DNA of 64,000 bases from Phoronis australis (Eukaryota > Animalia > Phoronida). Each line of letters starts with the position of its first letter. The first letter of the stretch is position 1. The notes beneath the pieces are model-generated. The model had not been told where the DNA came from. It saw nothing but the letters and a program-made list of their open reading frames with translations, and searched no databases. Of the stretch, positions 1-14,237 are shown in pieces. The position numbers were made by a program, and so were the translations under genes. The DNA is taken from the NCBI GenBank assembly GCA_002633005.1, contig NMRA01000032.1, positions 1-64,000 on the forward strand, given 5' to 3'.

Positions 1-885
1 TACTTCGTCCGAGGCATAACACAAATTTGCAAAATTTGTTATACTTGGTCTCAGTATTTGAGTCAGTGAGCCATTCAAAATAATTGGGACTATTTTACTA
101 TTGAAAAGTTGAAACCAGTGCTTTATCGAAACATTCTCGTTCTGAAACTATTTCTTCAAAACGAAAGATTCAAAAAACAAATACCAAATTACGAGCAACA
201 TGTTTCAACAATGATCCATTCTTTGTTGTCAACCCCTGCGAATAACCAGTTTCCCAAAGATAAAACTACGGCGTTTTCATGAACTGCTGTTTCAGTGAAG
301 TGGCGATGTAACCGCCTTCAGTCAAAAACTCACTTCGGACTTGAACAACTTGTCGCTATAATCTGATACGCTAACGTGTTCCATTCTCAGATCGAACACA
401 ATTCCTGTGTTTGGGAAGAAGTGGCATTTAGTTATTGCTTGAGGTCAGGTTAATCACGCCATGCCATGTTATGCGCCGAGCACGGTATCACCAATACCAA
501 ATTGTTAGTTTTTCCATAGCAAAGTAATCATTTCTCATCTTCGTAATGAACAATCTGAGTAGAAGTGTATAACGGAACGTGGCCTAATTCAGAAGTCATT
601 GTTAACGGCCAAGGTCGGATTCCTTGACAATTTAAAAACGACACTTTTTCATTCACCGCACTCTCCTTCTATCAGCCTTCACTAAACTACCACATGATGC
701 ACCTGAAATTTGTGAGGAATTAAATATTGTCACAAGAAAATGAGTTTTTGAGAAAAGAACTCTGTTTCCATGTGATACATGATCCGTGTAGACGAGTTAT
801 AAAATTTATAAAATCATGAGATAAGTTACTGCTGTCGATGCAAATATTTTGGCGACTTTTTGCAGATTTTTTTTGGAAATCAAAC

Positions 886-1290
886 TTACAGAGACGCCTC
901 TGTGACAGGCTGAAAGAGCATCACACCTCAGAGAAAAGCAACATATATATGCATTGTGTTAGCAACAATCACCAAGCCAATTCAGATATAATTATCTGTA
1001 GAGAGGAATTACTGTACATTAAAGAGTCATTGGCCAGTCAGAACCAGCATGCTACTGATTCTCTGAATAACAAGCAGAGCTCAGTGACCCTGCAACTATG
1101 GTGATGACCAGCTTCTTACAGTTCCCTGTATCTCTTATTTCACTTGATAGATGTTACCTGAGCTGTATGTTGGCACTTGCTGTCCTTTGTAAATATTTAT
1201 TATCCTGATGATGGCTAATGAACAGACGGAACGTTGACTGAACTTGAACTTTTTATTTGTGCGGCGATTGTACGTTTTTTAATATTACGT
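886..1290 (+). mobile_element. Penelope-like retroelement 3' fragment (GIY-YIG C-terminus plus pLTR with hammerhead motif), copy 1
   Basis: Peptide QRRLCDRLKEH..YIKES..SLNNKQSSVTLQLW is typical of PLE GIY-YIG ends. CTGATGA..GGAAC motif at 1202-1238. Homologous to 16195-16910. Confidence 0.75.
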
Positions 1291-1322
1291 AAAAGTACGC
1301 ACTTTTCGCAAAAGTTGCAAGA

Positions 1323-1724
1323 TGCATGAAACAGTCCCAAAAAGGGTCTCATTTAAGTTCCTTAAATCTTCTCCGTATTTGTATCGTTCTTTACTCACAG
1401 ACGTAATATTTTCTCACTGTTATATTTTTATAATGATGGCCTCTTTAACTAATAACGTATTCTAAAAATATTATTGGAAGCTGCACCCTTAGTTCAATAA
1501 AAATAGATAGAGTCTTAGTCCTTAAATAAGGGCGTTGCATAAAAAGGTTCCTACTTATTTTAAAAAATGTTGAGTGCCCTCTTGATTTGTATCAAATCTA
1601 AAAAATTACTTAGCAATGAAACTAAAACAAAATGACAAAGGATAACAAGTGTTTTCACTAGTCCACGAATACGCAGTGGATTTAAGGAACTTGGTTGAAT
1701 CCCTATTTGGGACTGTTTCATGCA
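1323..1724. mobile_element. MITE-like element with ~46 bp imperfect TIRs
   Basis: TGCATGAAACAGTCCCAAA..AAGTTCCTTAAATC is inverted at 1678-1724. Its interior recurs at about 26185-26263. Confidence 0.6.
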
Positions 1725-2129
1725 AATGGGATCTTATGTCTCATATTTTGCAGAATTTTTCCGTCTATTGTGAAGATAACCGCTGTCACCTATTTATCCA
1801 GTAATTGTCACTTTCATTGTCTTCTCCATGAAAACTCGTTTCTCCACAATCCATTGACACGTAAACTTAACACAATCATTCCTCATTTCAAAAAGTAATG
1901 ACGCAAAAAACAAGGCAAAGTTCTTCGTTTAAGTTACATTGATAGCTAATTGGCAGCTATATGCAAATACAGGGAGTGGAGATGTTGGAATAAATCAGTT
2001 AAATGCATTGTTCAATCATGTGTAGGATAATTTTCGTCAACTCTGTCCAGGACTAAAGCAAAACCTATTTAATATTTTGTTTACATCTGAAATTTCAGAT
2101 AGAATTAAAACGCATATAAATTCAAACAG

Positions 2130-2345
2130 ACAGGGCAGCATAACAATAAACATTAAATCACACTGAAGGCATTACACCAAAAGTCACAACAAAGGTGAAA
2201 TATACATTGTAAGAGTGGCGAGATCGATTGATATTGAGTAGATAAGTCATTGTGACAATTTATATGCCTTGCTGCTCGTAGAAAAAAGTGAGTATATTAG
2301 AGAAGGGCATCAGACCAAAACTGTGGACGTTGGAGTTAACGATCA
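2130..2345 (+). repeat. Dispersed repeat, possible degenerate Penelope pLTR; second copy at about 11730-11975
   Basis: Both copies share CAACAAAGGTGAAATATAC and AGAGAARGGC..CCAAAACTGTGGAC, a decayed hammerhead-like stem II arrangement. Confidence 0.55.
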
Positions 2346-2612
2346 GGAAACTATTATTAATCAGGCTGATAGCTGCGATCAAAAAGCAAATGCTTGTATC
2401 TTAGATTCTGGAATAGGACCGTAAGAAGCGGGAGGGGGGCGGGGGACACGCCATGCCCCCCCCAAATCAGGCGTTAGGGTTAAACCGTGGCAACCGATAT
2501 AGATGTGGGGCCGGGGACAGTCGAGAAAAAAAAGACCGCGAAATACGGAAGAGAAACTTCTAAGAGAACATTTTTAAATGTTGTTAAGACAACTCTGCTT
2601 CAGGTATACCTT

Positions 2613-5600
2613 TTGAAGACCCTGGCCAGGACATTGTCGTTAGGGCCTTCACTTTTGCAGCACACGTCATCTAAACGCACGTTAAAACGTGTGTGTATTC
2701 CATCATATTTTAAAAAAACGAGAAAATTTGTAAAGGGAAGCTTTTACGGAGTGTACTAATTTACTAGATTTTTAAATTCAATAAGTCAATTTTGCGAATA
2801 TTAAACTATATTTTTCCATATACCACTCCCTGGCAAGAGATAACAGAGACAAATTTCGTTTTATTTTTTATTGAAACTGTATTTTACTTAAGAGAAATTA
2901 ATGACCTGACAGATAACATCAGTTGCTGTGCATTTCATGATAGTTGAAAGTTTTTATAGTTTCATATTTAGAGGCCCGCCCTTGAAGGAGGCACTTGATG
3001 ACAATCAAGTGGCCACCATTTTCGTTTTTATTGGTGAATTCTGAAGGTACCGCTCACGCCCAATGTGAGAATATATTACCTCTGTTTTCCAGTTTTTCTT
3101 TTTGTGAAATCGTGCAACCGGCTTTCATGTTGAAGGCAGTAACTCCGTGCATAGTTTTGGGACCACGAGACGGTGAAATGCTCTGCCACTATTTTTCCAA
3201 GCTTAATGATGTTTAGCCTTTCATCTTAAGGTATCCCATTTCAGACGGGACATTCTCTCGGTGGAGCAGTTCGGGGGAAATGTCCCTTTGTCCCTCTATA
3301 CACGTAAATCTGACACTGCCAAGTATTCACAATGGAAGTCGAAACTCCAAATGCACCAAAAAACACAAAACATTCGTGCACAGCCCAACCATTCTACTCA
3401 AACAACCAAAAATGTGAAATAATACAGTAGCATTGCCGCCATCGAAAGGGTGGAATTTTGAAGAACGTGAAGGCCTTGTGATTTACACAAAAGAACTATT
3501 TTCAATGGTTAGTTATAAAATAATGTTTCTGTTTCCCGTAGTATTACAAGAATAGTATCTCTTCGGAAGATGGTTACTATGAGTTGTTTGCAAGGAATAC
3601 CCACATGCGAAAAACACTGCTGTCTAGGCTACTACAACTGTATATTTGATGACCGTGTACATGACAAACAACTCTCGCAATCACAAACAAAGATTTCAAC
3701 GTTTTTTTTTTGACAGCAGAGTTCAAGTTTACCTCGTGAACCGTTATAGATACCTCGGAAATGAGCAAAAATACACCTTAATACGAATGCCCCATCTTTC
3801 ATACTCCCCCAGTCTGCAAGCATGCATGAGGAAATTGCATATTATAACATTCCGTTTTGATAAAAAATTCGTTGGTTTCTGATTTACTTGTTTATGTATC
3901 TACGAAAATCGATAGATTCATAGATGATTTTTGCTAATTAGAAGCTAATCTATGGCTTGTAAGAATTGATGATGTTTCAGTGAATATAACTGCCGCCTTA
4001 AGTTGGAAAAACTCCAAAGTCCGATCCCCAAATGGTAAAGTACACTTACAGACGACTTTTGCATATCTAAAAGACCTTTCAAAGACATTGATGAAATTCC
4101 GACTCCCAAACCGTGGATAGAAAACCGTTTTAAAAATTCTTAAATAAATAAAATTAAACTCATTGCTTGGAAAGGTTGTCTTTGCCCTTTCTTGTTTTTT
4201 TTTTTAGTTTCCTGTAGTATTGAGCAGTGAATTTTTGTTCTTCAAAACTGAATTGATTGCTTGTTCTCATTCACGTGTACATGTACGTCATGACTGACGT
4301 ACAATACTCACGTTGAAAATAAGATGTTACCATGCAGTTGGCCGGCGCTGAATCTCAGTTTGAAAAGTTCATTTTTTTGGGTCATTCTTTACAAGTATTT
4401 TTTGAGAAGGCGAGGTCCCGAGTTCGGGTTGTTTCAAAATCCCTTGTTGGAACACGGGTGTGAACAGTTTCTGATGGGTGGGGAAAATGACACATAGAGT
4501 GTGCCAAAAATCCGCATGCTTCAACGCCGGGGATTCAAATTCAGTTTTTCGCTGATTACACCTTATTTTGAACCTGGGTGCCCCAGTCATCACGTGCTCT
4601 GTATGCACAGCAATTGCAAACACAATATTTCCAAGTTGATGAGCAATAATTGTAATTTGATTTATTTAAGGCCTTAAAATTCCCTTTCTATTTAGTTTGT
4701 GAAATTAAACCACTAGTCTTGTTCCTACATGTAAGTCAATAAGCAATTCACTTATTGTCATTTTGAGTTTTAAGAACATTTTGGAACACTTTGAAGAGCT
4801 GTCCGACATTTATAAATTTGGAGACTTATTTCAGACAGGGCAAAAATCGTTTAGTGTACCACGCCATTTGGGAATTGGATGATATATCGAATTCCCCCCT
4901 CTGTCATCCTGCAACTATGTTCATTAAAGCATCATCATTTCTTACAGGATTATCTTCTAATTGAAAGAAATCGTTTATCAATCAGTTGTTTTTCGTACAT
5001 ACATGAACATGTAAACCAGAAACCAACAAATTCGTTCTTATCCATACAGAATAACCAATTCCCAAAGATAAGGTTGAAAACCGTCGATGGGCACGGGGTT
5101 TTGAGTATTCGCAAGAAGTTCGTGTTCACGTGTACTTTGATTCATCCCCGAGGTAGCCGTTGCGGTTTATGAGTTAAACTTGAACATCTGAAATCACTGA
5201 AATCTTTGTATACGATCGCCACTACATATAGGCCTACGTCAGACAAGTGTACTCTGAACACATTCATCAAGAAATCCTACCGCCGGCACAGTACCTGTAC
5301 ATGTATGTTCGACATAGGAGAGTTTCTTTAAGACAACTCCTAGTAACTATCTCCAAAATAATTATTCCTATGAATGACATCATGCTATCGTTATAAAACC
5401 ATGGAAAATATCACTACTGTATCACAGTAAACATTAGCTCTGCAAGCTTTCAGCCCCTCCATTTATTTTTCAATACAATATTGTTTGGGCCGAATGTATT
5501 GATGCGGCTGTGCAGGAANAACTGTATATTTGATGACCGTGTACATGTCAAACAACTCTCGCAATCACAAAAAAAGATTTCAACGGTTTTTTGACAGCAG

Positions 5601-8143
5601 AGTTCAAGTTTACCTCGTGAACCGTTATAGATACCGCGGAAATGAGCAAAAAATACACCTTAATAAGAATGCCCCATCTCTCATACTCCCCCAGTCTGCA
5701 AGCATGCATGAGGAAATTGCTTATTATAACATCCCGTTTTGATAAAAAATTCGTTGGTTTCTGATTTACTTGTTTACATATATGCATCTACGAAAATCGA
5801 TAGATTCATAGATGATTTTTGCTAATTAGAAGCTAATCTATGGCTTGTAAGAATTGATGATGTTTCAGTGAATGTAACTGCAGCCTTAAGTTGGAAAAAC
5901 TCCAAAGTCCGATCCACAAATGGTAAAGTACACTTACAGACGACTTCTGCATATCTAAAAGACCTTTCAAAGACATTGATGAAATTCCAACTCCCAAACC
6001 GTGGATAGAAAACCGTTTTAAAAATTCTTAAATAAATAAAATTAAACTCATTGCTTGGAAAGGTTGTCTTTGCCCTTTCTTGTTTCCAGTAGTATTGAGC
6101 AATGAATTTTTGTTCTTCAAAACTGAATTCATTGCTTGTTCTCATTCACGTGTACGTCATGACTGACGTACAATACTCACGTTGAAAATAAGATGTTACC
6201 ATGCAGTTGGCCGGCGCAGAATCTCAGTTTGAAAAGCTCATTTTATTTGGGATATTCTTTACAAGTATTTTTTGAGAAGGCGAGGTCCCGAGTTCAGGCT
6301 GTTTCAAAATCCCTTGTTGGAACACGAGTGTGACCAGTTTCTGATGGGTGGGGAAACACATAGGGTGGGGAAAATGACACATAGAGTGTGCCAAAAATCC
6401 ACATGCTTCAACGCCGGGGATTCAAATTCAGTTTTTCGCTGGGCCTCCTGCCGGTTACACCTTATTTTGAACGTGGGTGCCCCAGTCATCACGTGCTCTG
6501 TATGCACAGCAATTGCAAACACAATATTTCCAAGTTAATGAGCAATACGTTTAATTTGATTTATTTAAGGCTTTAAAATTCCCTTTCTATTTAGTTTGTG
6601 AAATTAAACCACTAGTCTTGTTCCTACATGTAAGTCAATAAGCAATTCACTTATTGCCATTTTGAGTTTTAAGAACATTTTGGAACACTTTGAAGAGCTG
6701 TCCGACATTTATAAATTTGGAGACTTATTTCAGACAGGGCAAAAATCGTTTAGTGTACCACACCATTTGGGAATTGAATGATATATCGAATAACCCCCTC
6801 TGTCATCCTGCAACTATGTTCATTAAAACATCATCATTTCTTGCAGGATTATCTTCTAATTGAAAGAAATCGTTTATAAATCAGTTGTTTTTCGTACATA
6901 CATGAACATGTAAACCAGAAACCAACAAATTCGTACTTATGCATACAGAATAACCAATTCCCAAAGATAAGGTTGAAAACCGTCGATGGGCACGGGGTTT
7001 TGAGTATTTGCAGGAAGTTCGTGTTCACGTGTACTTTGATTCATCCCAGAGGTAGCCGTTGCGGTTTATGAGTTAAACTTGAACATCTGAAATCGCTGAA
7101 ATCTTTGTATACGATCGCCACTACATGTAGGCCTACGTCAGACAAGTGTACTCTGAACACAGTCATCCAGAAATCCTACCGCCGGCACAGTACCTGTACA
7201 TGTATGTTCGACATAGGAGAGTTTCTTAAAGACAACTCCTAGTAACCATCTCCAAAAGAATTTTTCCTATGAATGACATCATGCTATCGTTATAAAACCA
7301 TGGAAAATATCACTACTGTATCACAGTAAACATTAGTTCTGCAAGCTTTCAGCCTCTCCATTTATTTTTCAATACAATATTGTTTGGGCCGAATGTATTG
7401 ATGCGGCTGTGCAGGAATGCTTTGTGTTGTTCTTTTTTGATGAATACGAAATGTAAAGTTGTTCTCGTGAATACTTGGCAGTGTCAAATTTACGTGTATA
7501 GAGGGACAAAGGGACAATTTCCCGAACCGCCCCACAGAGAGAGGGTCTTGTCAGAATGGGGACCATTTGAGATAAAAAGCTAAATATCATTGAGCATGGG
7601 AAAGAGTGACACTTGTTTCCATCGTCGTGTGACTCTGAAAGAAGTGATCTTCCTGAACATGAAAGGTAATAAGATTTCACAAAAACAGGAAAACAGACGC
7701 AAATGATTCCAACATCGGGCCCTCTCCCCGTGAGCTAACTTTAAGAATTTATAGATAGATGCACGAAAATGGTGGCCAATTGACTGTCCTCTGATGAATG
7801 TTTCCCCTTCAAGGACTGGGCCCCTAAATATAACAAGATCTATGCAGAGCAATTTATGCTATTTGTTAGACATTCAATTTTCCTAAAGTGATACAAAATT
7901 TCGGGAGCAACTGGTGTATCCATTATCTCTTGCTGAGAGAGGGGGCTGTGGAAAAATGTATAGCTTACATTCGCAAACTTATATTATTTTAATTTAAAAA
8001 TCCAGTGAAAACTCTCTACCAAACCGGCACTTTACAAATTTTCTCGTTTTTTTTCTAAAATACATGGTATGAGTGATTAAGTGCAGAATGTATTAAGCAA
8101 CTAAGGAACTCCCTAACAACTATGTCTTGGTCTGGGCCCTTAA
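2613..8143. mobile_element. Large non-autonomous TIR (foldback) element with ~0.8 kb imperfect TIRs, TTAA at the right end (Kolobok-like)
   Basis: About 2613-3400 is the reverse complement of about 7370-8143 (e.g. TGTCCCTTTGTCCCTCTATACACGTAAAT, GTGGCCACCATTTTCGT, AAAACGAGAAAATTTGTAAAG). Further family fragments at about 21790-22280 and 29570-29720. Confidence 0.65.
3637..7417 (+). repeat. ~1.9 kb tandem duplication (3637-5518 and 5521-7417) joined at an N
   Basis: Near-identical copies with scattered SNPs and small indels. N at 5519 marks the junction. Confidence 0.95.
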
Positions 8144-8934
8144 AGGGAAAACCATGCACTGGTTGACAAAAATTTTTCCTCTTGGATTTTTTGCCGTCTG
8201 AAAAACTGGGTGTGGTTTCAGGTGGCAGTTAAACAGATCAAAATTCAAAAATGTAGCTGATAAGGGGGGATACTATGACCACATCAATTTTGTAGTATTT
8301 ATAGGGAACGATCATTCTGAATTTGTAGTCAGATTTTTTCTAGAACTTGCAGGGGGTGGTAATTTTGGGGAGAAACTGTCAAAGTTGGTGTTTCTTGGTC
8401 CTATAGTTGTGTGTCGGCATTTTTCCAATGTGAGTAAACCGATTAAAAATCCGTAGCATACTGATTCAGTTTCAGTTATAATGAGTAGTGCTTTCGAGTA
8501 GGGAATGCTTAATTTTTTTTCAGATTCTTAATCAGGACATGAGATAAGGATTCGTCTCTACTGAGGCACTCTGGAATAAGTCCAGCAGAAATCAAAAGGG
8601 ACCCCAACTCCAAAAACTGTGCTAGCTCATACATTCGAGGTACCACAAAAACCAATTACATATGATTCAATACATGTCACTGATCACTGAAATGCCCCAT
8701 GATAGACAAAATACACTCTGGGTTGTGCCCGCCAGAAACCTCAAAAATGTCAACCAGGGTATGCCATTGAAATTTTGAGTTAGGTTTCATACTCGAGGTA
8801 CGAACAATAGTATCGCCCTGAACATCGAATGACCCCCTCCAGAAACCCCAAAAATGTCAACCACGGTATGCCGCTTGTTCTAAAACCCCCTCGAGCCCCA
8901 CAGCTGAACCAAAAGGATCAGTTCCAGGAAAATC

Positions 8935-10222
8935 TCCCATTTTTAAACTACATAAATGACACTACTTTCTCCAGCAAAGGCACAGGTCATTATGTACGCA
9001 GACGACACATGCCTGTTACTTCCTTTCCATGTTAAGAAAAACCATAGCCCCAACGATCAAATCAGAATAAATATTACTCTACAAGATGTTTTTGATTCAT
9101 TTGGCAAAATACCAATAAATTATCGCTCAACACAAGTAAAACTAAATTATGCTTTTTCGATTCCCACAAAAATCAGCGAAGCTGACATCCCTATAATCAA
9201 AATCAAAAGTCAAAAATTATTAAGAGCGTTGAAAATTTCAATTTTTTAAGAATTTTTGTAGACAAGCACTTTTCTTGGAACAAGAATGTTCAGGAAATTT
9301 CTAACAAAATTGCTAAAACGCTGGTCGTCCTCTCCATATTGAAACACTGTTAACCCAAGCACACACCCCTGGTGATATACAATGCTTTTAAACTATCACA
9401 TCTATATTTTTATATAACACTATGGGGGTTTGATAGTTTTACGAGATTGAAACTTCTGCAGAAAAAAAATTTTGAGAAATGTGACCAATTCTTCGATTTT
9501 CAGATATAGAACAAATTTGCAGGGATATCAAAACACTTCTTCTTGACGATATATTTTATCAAGCTTGTCTAAAATTCTTTTACAAATCCAAACATAATCA
9601 ATTTCATGTTTACTTTTATGATAACAATTTGTTCCAATGCCAGTCATCAAAAGATGTTTCTAGAATATTCAAGCAACAACCCCTTATAAAAGTGCCCACC
9701 TACAACAGAAAAAGTTGAGAAAATTCATTAATGTTCAAAATACCGAATCTAATAAACAATTGTTTCCTTCCAAGATATGTATCAGACAAAATCGACACGC
9801 ACGGTTTACATGGTTTCTCTTTGTATTAAAAAAAATAAACATTAAGCACTTACATCTCTCAGTGTAACGTTCTACATTGTTATGCATGTTCTAATTGAAG
9901 TAGACGTGATCACCTGGCATACATCTTAGTCATGCTTTTCTAACCGTGCGGTCTCCCTTGTATCAATAGTCTCCGTATTTTTTTCTTTGTAAAATACATT
10001 TAATTTACGTTTTTAAATAAACTCCCATTGTATTTTATTTCATTGTAGATGTACTTATTTCTGTTGTTATTTACATGGTTCTTTTTTTAGTAAAATTGTT
10101 AATACCTATTTAATTTATTGTTACCCGGTGGTCAGCTATTAGCGGCCGTGACTTTGCTGGCCAGCCAGTCATATAACAATGTATGTTTTTATATGATTTA
10201 AAAAATAATAGTCTTTCTCTCA
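8935..10222 (+). mobile_element. Degenerate 5'-truncated LINE (CR1/L2-clade-like reverse transcriptase remnant)
   Basis: FLNYIND..MYADDT RT core, then IFVDKHFSWNKNV..SNKIAKT..IYNAF..TLWG, with stops and frameshifts. 3' tail has a stem-loop and A-rich end. Confidence 0.85.
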
Positions 10223-10342
10223 CCCCTCGTCCCACGACTCCCTAGACCCACAACCCCCTCGACCCACCACTTACAAACAATATCCTTAGCCGGGTTCGGC
10301 TCAATCAGGTTACCGACTCACCGTGTTCGGCTTTGCTGGGTC

Positions 10343-10813
10343 AAGGAGTGTACATAGAATATACTACACTACTTGGCTGGGTTTGTATGGTATAAAGGAG
10401 TGTACATAGAATATACTACACTACTTGGCTGGGTTTGTATGGTATAAAGGAGTGTACATAGAATATACTACACTACTTGGCTGGGTTTGTATGGTATAAA
10501 GGAGTGTACATAGAATATACTACACTACTTGGCTGGGTTTGTATGGTATAAAGGAGTGTACATAGAATATACTACACTACTTGGCTGGGTTTGTATGGTA
10601 TAAAGGAGTGTACATAGAATATACTACACTACTTGGCTGGGTTTGTATGGTATAAAGGAGTGTACATAGAATATACTACACTACTTGGCTGGGTTTGTAT
10701 GGTATAAAGGAGTGTACATAGAATATACTACACTACTTGGCTGGGTTTGTATGGTATAAAGGAGTGTACATAGAATATACTACACTACTTGGCTGGGTTT
10801 GTATGGTATAAAG
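10343..10813. repeat. Minisatellite, 9 identical 52-bp units
   Basis: AAGGAGTGTACATAGAATATACTACACTACTTGGCTGGGTTTGTATGGTATA x9, no spacers. Confidence 0.97.
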
Positions 10814-11601
10814 AAATTAATAACACTGCAGTTGTGTAAACCGGCACAACTAGCAGCAGACAATCACGTTTCAAGCGCAGTGGCGGATTTAGATGGGGAC
10901 AAGGGGGCCATGCCCCCTAAAATTCTCCCATATTCCATTTGACAGTTCGAGAGTCCGATGTTGGACTGGAAAAACCCTGGCTAATACTCTGCCTTGCCTC
11001 CCCCCAACCCTGCATTTAATTCGAGTTTGTTCGTGAAATTGTGGGATTACGACTAATATAACAATCATGGTAGGAAGGTAAATATCATATCCCGTCGCCA
11101 CCAGTGTCGCCATTCTCCCGATGTTGCAAATTTTGTATCGTCCCATAACAGTACAGGAATGCCGACGATGGACAGGAATCACGAACTATTTTTTTCATTT
11201 TGACGGATCAGAGTGCGACTGCAGCTGGCTAGGAAAGTTGGCATGCGAGATGCTGCGCGCCCTGTCTGAACGAGACCGGTTGTGCTGAGCTAGATCGTAA
11301 ACTAATCTGTTTGTCGGCTGTAACAATGTCTCGTGCAACAAAACTCAAAATTCAAATTTATGACGTCAAGTCCCAAACCTGACACAGAATAATTACAATA
11401 AAGACGGGGACAAAATCAGCGACAATTGAACCACAATGAAATGCCCAAAGTTCAACAGAGAATTACAGTTGTCCAGTGCTTTTTCTTCGATTTTCTTTAG
11501 TGTTTGTTTTTTCTTTCGCTTTTATTTTTACTAAAATCTGTGAGGCCAATGGTCGTAGACCACTACAGTATGTTGAACCAGGTGACGGCAGTTAAGTCTT
11601 A

Positions 11602-11628
11602 NNNNNNNNNNNNNNNNNNNNNNNNNNN
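11602..11628. other. Assembly gap (27 N); single Ns also at 5519, 21530, 35036, 43641
   Basis: Directly visible in the sequence. Confidence 0.99.
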
Positions 11629-13812
11629 TGATTTACATGCAACAACAGTTGTATAATTCTATCCATCTTTGTGCAACACTACCGCATGTCCTAAGCATGA
11701 AAAAGTGGAGAAAGAAAGGAAAAAACACACATACAGTGCAGCATGATAATGAACATTAAAATACTCAGGCAGTACAGAGAAATAATGAACTTTGAAACAC
11801 AATGACAGCCTTACACAAAAGTCGCAACAAAGGTGAAATATACTGTACATTATATACAAGGGAGAGATCGATGTGTATTAATAGAGAAATTGTATCGTCT
11901 ATTTACATGCCATGTATGTGAGTTTGTTAGAGAAAGGCCTCAGGCCAAAACTGTGGACCTTTTGGGTAACGAACGTGATACTTGCTACAAACTTAAATCT
12001 TAATAACATTGTAATTCTAGATGGACGATTATAGTCTATGTGGAGAATTTCGCGCTTACACTGGTCACCGCTCAGATTCCCTTAGCCCCAGACAACTTTT
12101 ATGATGCACGCCCTTCGTAGTGGTGTAGATCTGAGCTAATGAAGTGGAAAGGTAATAGCTACCACTACTGTCTCAAAAATGATGGCTGTTATTATACCCA
12201 ATGAAATTGGTTTTATCTGGCATTTGCGCAAAGTTACAGATTGCAACTGTAGAAAGTTTCAACTTGGTACATTTTAAATATTACAAAATGACTAAAAAGT
12301 TAATTTGTGTTTATCTTGACCATGGGCCACTTCGCAAAGGAACGATGGTTTTAAATATGTTTCATACCGGTTTTCGTTATTTCATGTTCAATACGCATGT
12401 CTTCTTGTTTTTTTGAAGGGAACGGGATCATATTTTCATTTTATTTTTAAACTTGAAGTACCAAAAACAGTGGCAGATTTTGATCGCCAGCGAAACTTAA
12501 TTTGAGTAATTGTGAACCCATCGCTGAACTTTCCAGATTACAGCTACACTAAACATTTCACAGCCAACAAAAGTAGGCCTACACGTGCCATTAGTTCAAG
12601 TTTAATCTTAATTGGAACTCAAATCATAAAATATATACAAAAGTGTAAATGGCGATAGCCAAACTGAAGATTTGGAATCTCTGGACAATTTCGGTTGCAC
12701 TAACTATATCAGTCATCAAAAATACAGTGTGGACACAAGTTAAATACAACTGGTTCCTGGTAAAGAAATCTGGTTAGACGAGATTGAAAGAATATTAAAA
12801 GAATAATCCATGAGATATATTGTTAACTGTGATCAACGTTTGTAAATCCACCAAGTGTATCGATACGCACGGTCGTTTAGCTCCAATGGTACCCAACTTT
12901 TGTACGTAGCCTATTAGTCCATCGATTTTTAAAAATCAAAACCTTACTTGGTTGTGCTTTCCAGCTGAATACCGCCGTGGTGTTCGTTTTTAGGCGAAAA
13001 TTATTGGTTAATGCATTTTGAAAATTTGCTATTATGTACAGGCAATGATGCTTTTGACAGTTAATGGTCGCACAGGACAATGCGGTCATCACAGCCGTAT
13101 CCGACTCCGGCGCTGCACTCTCTTTGATCCTGGTAAAAGTTGCTCAGCGAAGGACGAGCGGAGAAAATTTCCTCGTATCTTTAGAAATGCGTGACTTCCT
13201 TGTAAGCGTATGATTCACGGTATGTCAGAAAATCCTCCAGATAACAATCATGATAAATTTCAATATGGCTGCCTTTATAATAGCAAATGCTTATATCCCC
13301 AAGCTTCTTGAATACCTAGAGACATCGTGGGTTAGATAAACCTCTCATTTTTTGTACCCGCTGATTCCAGTTAAAGATCAATGCTTTTGCATTGTGTGTC
13401 CGCCATGTTAAATTCTAACATAGTTACCATTTATACGTATAAACGTAAGTTCTCGTACAATGTATCTCGATTTCTGGGACACCAAATTGTGACTATTCTT
13501 GTGTTCAGCAATTACTGGTTATTTAATTGGTTCACTAGGGAAACAAGGAAGTGGAGCTAGGATGAGATACCTAATGTGTCTAAACTTCAATATTTCACAG
13601 TTTTATCTACGCTACACGTCTTTACAACATATGCTGCGTTTGGTTTTATTCGTAAATCCTGAGCTTGCTGGAGATGGCTGCCCGATTTCCTAGAAGTCCT
13701 AGCAAGATGGCCGACTTACTTTCGGTAATACATCCACGCACAACTCAAATTTGTGTCTCCAAAGTACACATAGAGTCATACAGTTCTGGTACCTATGATT
13801 GACGGATACAAG

Positions 13813-14237
13813 CTACAATAGGGTATGCCAGTTTCTTCAATTTGTGTGAACACGAAGCGTAAGCCAATCCACATACCTGAAGTGACTGAAACTCAGTGGA
13901 TGTCCTGACCTCTCCTTCACGCGGTCTGATCCAGTAGGTAAACGTAGTGTTTACCAAGACATCATATCAACCAAAAATCAACGTCATGGGTGCGCCATTT
14001 AACCAATTGTTCTGAAGATAAAAGAATTTTTTGTATGGCTGTTGTTATTGGCTGAAAAGCCTCAGCGCCCCATAATGCAACATTTATCGGATATGAAAAC
14101 ATCTCTTCACGCTATAGCAAGGTCGGGAAAAAGTACAGAAAAATGCACCAAAACAAATTTAAGCAAGTTCGACACTGCGGCTGTAATCCTGCGTTGCGAT
14201 CACGAACCCTAAGATATATGAAGTATGCAACATACGA
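13813..14237 (-). pseudogene. Probable TIR-domain pseudogene exon
   Basis: With two single-base frameshifts and several stops it reads YVAYFIY..FPTLL*RGRDVFISDK..GAEAFQPITTAIQKILLSSEQLVKW..DF..YLLD..DIPLSFSHFRYVDW..NWHTLL, which follows TIR box1/box2/box3 order. Confidence 0.5.

Noticed and set aside
10343-10813. CRISPR array
   Set aside because: Units are contiguous and identical with no spacers, there are no cas genes, and the context is eukaryotic.
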